From Trichlorobacter lovleyi SZ (lineage in GTDB: Bacteria; Desulfobacterota; Desulfuromonadia; Geobacterales; Pseudopelobacteraceae): 32,000 nt of DNA. The translations under genes and the position numbers were made by a program. This document shows, piece after piece, positions 27,715-32,000 of the stretch; positions within the stretch are counted from its first letter, which is position 1, and each line of letters begins with the position of its first letter. The stretch is taken from the NCBI RefSeq assembly GCF_000020385.1, contig NC_010814.1:1-32000 (forward strand), written 5' to 3'. A model generated the notes under the pieces. It did no database searches, had not been told where the DNA came from, and saw only the letters and a list, made by a program, of their open reading frames with translations.

Positions 27715-27735
27715 GGCGTCAGTATGCGTCGTTTG
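27715..27735 (+). promoter_or_regulatory. Conserved element copy 6 (degenerate): GGCGTCAGTATGCGTCGTTTG
   Basis: It has the same spacing and TTTG extension and lies 42 nt upstream of the dnaB-like start. Both half-sites deviate (CGTCA / CGTCG). Confidence 0.4.
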
Positions 27736-27824
27736 TGTAAAGCAGTTGGCAATATGAGCGTATAATTGTTGTTGCGAGGCTTAGGCGTCTAAGAGATAGG
27801 AGGGCTGTGGTTCGTAGATAGGAA

Positions 27825-27846
27825 AATGTCAGTAATTGGGGCCAAT
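27825..27846. repeat. Outlying copy of the transposon-end repeat (AATGTCAGTAATTGGGGCCAAT)
   Basis: TAGGAAAATGTCAGTAATTGGGGCCAATCAGTGAG is nearly identical to 28110-28143 (TAGGAAAATGTCATTAATTGAGGCCAATAAGTAGG). Confidence 0.6.
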
Positions 27847-27870
27847 CAGTGAGTCTGAAACTATTGAGGG

Positions 27871-28040
27871 CGACGAGACTACTGAAGACAAAGACGATGA
27901 AGCCTCAAGGGTTTCTCCTGGCTCGACGATCAGATCAGAATAAGCCAAATTGATTATACGACATAAAGCCACCACCTAAAACCTATCGCCAGTTCGACAG
28001 ACTGGTCCTCCAGATCTCCTAAATGGAAAGAATGGGGTTC
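27871..28040 (+). repeat. Direct repeat copy B (partner of 10612-10780, with weaker similarity continuing to about 28085)
   Basis: See copy A. Copy B is embedded between transposon-end repeats. Confidence 0.8.
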
Positions 28041-28115
28041 TATTGCATGGCAATATATGCTATGTTACAAAGCTTTTTATCCGCAGAGACAATATTTCTA
28101 ATAACTCAGTAGGAA

Positions 28116-28249
28116 AATGTCATTAATTGAGGCCAATAAGTAGGATTTTGGCAGTAATTGGGGCCAAAAGTGTTAATTTATGGGGCCACGGCGAATATAA
28201 CTTATTGAAAATACAATTCCCCCAATGTCATTAATTGGGAACACCTACA
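28116..28249. repeat. Distal (Tn7-L-like) end with at least four putative transposase-binding repeats
   Basis: The repeats are AATGTCATTAATTGAGGCCAAT (28116-28137), TGGCAGTAATTGGGGCCAA (28149-28167), GTGTTAATTTATGGGGCCAC (28170-28189) and AATGTCATTAATTGGGAACACCTACA (28224-28249). Confidence 0.7.
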
Positions 28250-28254
28250 GCACG
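28250..28254. repeat. 5-bp target-site duplication GCACG (right copy)
   Basis: It immediately follows the ...CCTACA terminus and is identical to 6512-6516. Confidence 0.8.
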
Positions 28255-28297
28255 CTAACCACTTTATACAACACACCATTAAACGAGGGGACACCTC

Positions 28298-30844
28298 ATG
28301 CAGGAACAGGTAACGCAGAAGGTCGCAGTTAATATTGAAGATGAGATGAAGCGCTCCTACATGGATTATGCCATGTCAGTCATTGTCGGCCGGGCCCTGC
28401 CGGATGTACGGGATGGTCTCAAACCGGTGCACCGCCGCTGTCTGTATGCGATGAACGACATGGGCAATGACTATAACAAGCCCTACAAAAAATCGGCCAG
28501 GGTTGTCGGTGATGTCATCGGTAAGTACCACCCCCACGGTGATACTGCCGTGTATGACACCATTGTCCGGATGGCCCAGGATTTCTCGCTGCGCTATCTG
28601 CTGGTGGATGGCCAGGGTAACTTCGGTTCGGTGGACGGCGACAGCCCGGCAGCCATGCGGTATACCGAGATCCGGATGAAGCAGCTCACCCACGAGCTGC
28701 TGGCTGATCTGGAAAAGGAAACGGTTCCGTTTACCCCCAACTACGATGAGTCCCTCTATGAACCGGCCGTGCTGCCTGCCAAGTTTCCCAACCTGCTGGT
28801 CAACGGTTCATCAGGTATTGCGGTCGGCATGGCCACCAACATCCCGCCCCACAACCTGGGGGAGATCATTGATGCCATCATCGCACTGATCCATAACCCG
28901 GCTCTTAGCTATGAAGAGTTGCTGGAGCTGGTACCTGGACCGGATTTTCCCACCGGCGGCACCATCTATGGCCGCCAGGGGATTATTGACGGATATGCCA
29001 CCGGCCGCGGGGTAATCCAGATCCGGGCCAAGGCCCATGTTGAGAACAGCAAAAAGCATGATCGCGAGTCGATTGTGGTGACCGAGATCCCCTACCAGGT
29101 CAACAAGGCCCGCCTGATCACCAGTATTGCCGAGCTGGTCAAGGAAAAGAAGATCGAAGGGATCTCTGATCTGCGGGATGAGTCTGACCGTGATGGTATG
29201 CGGATTGTGATCGACCTGAAGAAGGATGAAAATGCCGAAGTGCTGCTGAACCAGCTCTATAAGCATACCCAGATGCAAACCTCCTTCGGTATCAATATGC
29301 TGGCGATTGTGCACAACCGTCCCAAGCTGATGTCACTGGCTGAGATGATGCACTATTTCATCGAGCACCGCCGTGAGATGGTTACCAAGCGGACCCTGTT
29401 TGAACTGAAAAAGGCCGAGGCCCGGGCCCATATCCTGGAAGGTCTCAAGATCGCGCTGGACTGGCTTGATGCCGTGATTGAGCTGATCCGTGAATCCAAA
29501 ACCCCGCCAGAGGCAAAACTGGGTCTGATGGAAGGCCGTTTTGCTGATCCTGACTATCTGCAGCGTCTGAACCTGCCCCGCCCTGCCGGGTATGAGAAGG
29601 CGGTACAGCTCTCGGAGATTCAGGCCCAGGCCATCCTGGAGATGCGTCTGCAGCGCCTGACCGGCCTGGAGCGGGACAAAATCATTGCAGAGTATGAGGA
29701 TATCCTGCGCTTGATCGCCCGCCTGAAGGAGATCCTGGGTTCTGATGCTGAGATCATGAAGATCATTGTGGGTGAGCTGACCGAGATCAAGGAGCGTTTT
29801 GGCGACAAGCGCCGCACCGAGATCGTTCATCAGACTGCCGACATTTCGCTGGAAGACACCATTGAAGATGCAGAAATGGTGGTAACGGTCTCCCATACCG
29901 GCTACATCAAGCGCAGTGCGGTTGACCTGTACCGGGCCCAGCGCCGTGGCGGCAAGGGCAAGACCGGGATGAAGACCCGTGAAGAGGATTTTGTGGAGCA
30001 GCTCTTCATCGCCTCCACCAAAGACTTCCTGCTGTTCTTCTCCGATATGGGCCGGGTCTACCGGATCAAGGTCTATGAGATCCCGGAAGGCAGCCGTACC
30101 ACCAAGGGTAAGGCGGTGGTGAACCTGGTCAATGTGCAGGAGGGAGAGAAGATCACCGCCATCCTGCCGGTGAAAGACCTGAACCGTGAAGACCTGTACC
30201 TGCTGATGGCAACCCGCAACGGCGTGGTCAAGAAGACCCCGCTGGTGGAATATCTGAACATCCGGACCACCGGTATCAATGCGGTCAACCTGGATGAAGG
30301 GGACAAGCTGATCTCAGTTGCCCTGACCGATGGTCAGAAGGATGTCTTCCTGGCTTCGCGCCACGGCAAGGCTATCCGCTTCCCTGAATCCGATGCCCGC
30401 CCGATGGGCAGGGTTACCCGCGGTGTGCGGGGGATGAACCTTGAGGCACGGGACGAAGTGATCGGTATGGAGGTGGTTGACCCGACAGCAACCGGTTCCA
30501 CCATCTTCACCCTGACCGAGAACGGCTTCGGCAAGCGGACCGACCTTGACGAGTATCGCGGCCAATCCCGTGGCGGCAAGGGTTTGATCACCATCAAGAC
30601 CACCACCCGTAACGGTCTGGTGGTGGGCGTGATGCAGGTGAATGATGAGAACCAGCTGATGGTCATCACTGACCAGGGCAAGATCCTGCGGGTACCGGTG
30701 GCCGGTTTCTCGGTGATTGGCCGTAACACCCAGGGGGTCAGGGTGATGGTGACTGAAGAACAGGAAAAGATCGTTGCCGTGGCCAAGCTGGCAGAGCGGG
30801 ATGATGAGGACGGCATTGAGCCGGAAGGTGAAGAAGAAGTTTGA
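28298..30844 (+). CDS. gyrA: DNA gyrase subunit A
   Basis: 848 aa. [23 protein letters not shown], the QRDR-type region [11 protein letters not shown], the catalytic Tyr context AAMRYTE, the GyrA box QRRGGKGK, a repeated beta-pinwheel CTD and an acidic tail. Confidence 0.97.
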   Translation: MQEQVTQKVAVNIEDEMKRSYMDYAMSVIVGRALPDVRDGLKPVHRRCLYAMNDMGNDYNKPYKKSARVVGDVIGKYHPHGDTAVYDTIVRMAQDFSLRYLLVDGQGNFGSVDGDSPAAMRYTEIRMKQLTHELLADLEKETVPFTPNYDESLYEPAVLPAKFPNLLVNGSSGIAVGMATNIPPHNLGEIIDAIIALIHNPALSYEELLELVPGPDFPTGGTIYGRQGIIDGYATGRGVIQIRAKAHVENSKKHDRESIVVTEIPYQVNKARLITSIAELVKEKKIEGISDLRDESDRDGMRIVIDLKKDENAEVLLNQLYKHTQMQTSFGINMLAIVHNRPKLMSLAEMMHYFIEHRREMVTKRTLFELKKAEARAHILEGLKIALDWLDAVIELIRESKTPPEAKLGLMEGRFADPDYLQRLNLPRPAGYEKAVQLSEIQAQAILEMRLQRLTGLERDKIIAEYEDILRLIARLKEILGSDAEIMKIIVGELTEIKERFGDKRRTEIVHQTADISLEDTIEDAEMVVTVSHTGYIKRSAVDLYRAQRRGGKGKTGMKTREEDFVEQLFIASTKDFLLFFSDMGRVYRIKVYEIPEGSRTTKGKAVVNLVNVQEGEKITAILPVKDLNREDLYLLMATRNGVVKKTPLVEYLNIRTTGINAVNLDEGDKLISVALTDGQKDVFLASRHGKAIRFPESDARPMGRVTRGVRGMNLEARDEVIGMEVVDPTATGSTIFTLTENGFGKRTDLDEYRGQSRGGKGLITIKTTTRNGLVVGVMQVNDENQLMVITDQGKILRVPVAGFSVIGRNTQGVRVMVTEEQEKIVAVAKLAERDDEDGIEPEGEEEV

Positions 30845-30848
30845 TGTC

Positions 30849-32000
30849 ATGGAGTTAAATGCTGTTAGTAGACTTCGTACACTTGACACCAGTTACCGTG
30901 AACGAAGGCGGATTGTCAGGCTGCTTGATTTTCTGACACGTGACGAACTGACCCGTGATCAGCTGGAGCGGATCGGCCGGCGTTTGCAGAAGTCGGGGCG
31001 GCGGGCCCTGCCGCCGCTGGTCAGACGGCTCTGGCAGGAGCAGGATCATGAGCGGATCTATCGCTATACCTGCATGCTGGACTTTTTTGATGCCACCATC
31101 TGGCTGGACCAGCTGGTGGCGTTAACCCTTAAACGCCGCGATCTGGCTGATGAAGGCAGACTGCCTCTGTTGGAAATTCTGCAGGATTACGGCATTGATG
31201 TCTCCTCCCCTCCCTTTTCCCGTGATGAGGTCACTGGCGCAACCCTGAACAGTTTCCTCGACCTCTGTCTGCAGGAAGGTTCCTGGGGCATGGTCCGCTT
31301 GATGGATCGCTTCCTGAATGCGGACGAGATGCTGCGGGACCAGCTGATCCGCCGCCTTGGCAGCCGGGCTGACCAGGGGGCTGCAGCCGCGGCATGTCTG
31401 AGAATGCTGGCCTGTTTCGAGTACCGTGAAGTCGCCGATCTGGCGGTTGAGAGCCTGGGTACCCTGCGGCACGGCTGTGCGCTGCAGGTGCTGCAGTCCT
31501 TGCACGACCTACCGGTAGAGGGGCTTGAAGAACGGATCAGCCGTAGTATCCGGCGGCTGGGCTTTCTGGGGATCAGAGAGTCTGAACCGCTCCCTGATCT
31601 GTTTGCAGAGCCGGCTGCACTGCTGATGGCCCAGGCAACGCCTCTGGACTGTTATGGGGTGCGGACACTCTGGTTTTCCTGGGAACTGTGCGATACCACC
31701 CTGGCAGGAATCGTGCTGCAACTGGGGGATCAGGACGGTGTGCGGCATGCCGTGGCTTCGCGTTTCCAGAACCGTCGCGAGCATGATGACTACCTGGATG
31801 AGATCAACGCGGAAGAAGGCCTGTATCCGGTGGGATATGCCTATGCCGTCAATGTGCTCAAGGATGCCCTGCAACAGAGTATTGAGCGCAGCTTCTATCT
31901 GCCGCCGGACCTCTATGCATGGCGCTACCTGTTTGGTGAGACTGACCTGCGACCAGCCGACTATGTCCCCGGCTTCCCGGTGGAACTGCTTGATGGCCTG
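30849..32000 (+). CDS. Hypothetical protein, 5' part (the ORF runs off the window end and is absent from the supplied ORF track)
   Basis: ATG at 30849, 4 nt after the gyrA stop. I translated 384 codons with no stop: MELNAVSRLRTLDTSYRERRRIVRLLDFLTRDELTRDQLERIGRRLQ.... Its GC-rich composition resembles gyrA, and it explains the minus-strand shadow ORFs 31122..31505 and 31509..31874. Confidence 0.6.
   Translation, partial: MELNAVSRLRTLDTSYRERRRIVRLLDFLTRDELTRDQLERIGRRLQKSGRRALPPLVRRLWQEQDHERIYRYTCMLDFFDATIWLDQLVALTLKRRDLADEGRLPLLEILQDYGIDVSSPPFSRDEVTGATLNSFLDLCLQEGSWGMVRLMDRFLNADEMLRDQLIRRLGSRADQGAAAAACLRMLACFEYREVADLAVESLGTLRHGCALQVLQSLHDLPVEGLEERISRSIRRLGFLGIRESEPLPDLFAEPAALLMAQATPLDCYGVRTLWFSWELCDTTLAGIVLQLGDQDGVRHAVASRFQNRREHDDYLDEINAEEGLYPVGYAYAVNVLKDALQQSIERSFYLPPDLYAWRYLFGETDLRPADYVPGFPVELLDGL

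Larger units (their letters stand above)
6517..28249 (+). mobile_element. Degraded Tn7-like transposon (21.7 kb) inserted between gyrB and gyrA. It keeps only a disrupted tnsA-like gene and carries accessory cargo plus four IS elements.
   Basis: Terminal inverted repeats are TGTAGGTTTTCCCAATTAGTAAT (6517-) and, as the reverse complement of 28249-, TGTAGGTGTTCCCAATTAATGAC. Both ends carry multiple subterminal repeats of about 20 bp. A 5-bp GCACG duplication flanks the element. A tnsA-like ORF reads inward from the 6517 end. Confidence 0.8.

Overview
Origin-proximal chromosome segment. From the look of the proteins it is probably a Desulfuromonadales/Geobacter-like bacterium, but this is a guess with no search behind it. 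The core order is DnaA boxes, dnaA, an oriC-like spacer, dnaN, recF, gyrB, then a 21.7-kb insertion, then gyrA and an open-ended ORF that is missing from the ORF track. The insertion (6517-28249) has Tn7-like ends: TGT...ACA termini, repeated about 20-bp subterminal sites, and a 5-bp GCACG target duplication. It sits 9 bp after the gyrB stop and splits what would be a 52-bp gyrB-gyrA spacer. The only transposition gene left is a tnsA-like gene. It is broken at a CTAG by an IS5-family element, and an IS110/IS1111-type element then inserted exactly at that IS5 terminus. Removing both IS elements restores the reading frame. IS21 and IS3 copies disrupt the cargo further. The cargo has four notable parts. 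(a) A tail-less FtsZ paralog plus two degenerate FtsZ-fold proteins with twin-arginine leaders. (b) An operon of a WYL regulator, a SUKH/TPR protein, a PD-(D/E)XK-like protein, a beta-CASP MBL nuclease and one IS-disrupted gene. (c) A DnaB C-terminal-domain-only ATPase plus a protein with an acidic tail. (d) A plus-strand block of DUF2779 nuclease, JAB/MPN and two small genes. Six co-oriented copies of GCGACA-N5-TGTCGTTT lie about 22-55 nt upstream of minus-strand cargo genes in modules a, b and c, which suggests a single regulon. All calls come from reading the sequence and translations by eye. No database search was run.
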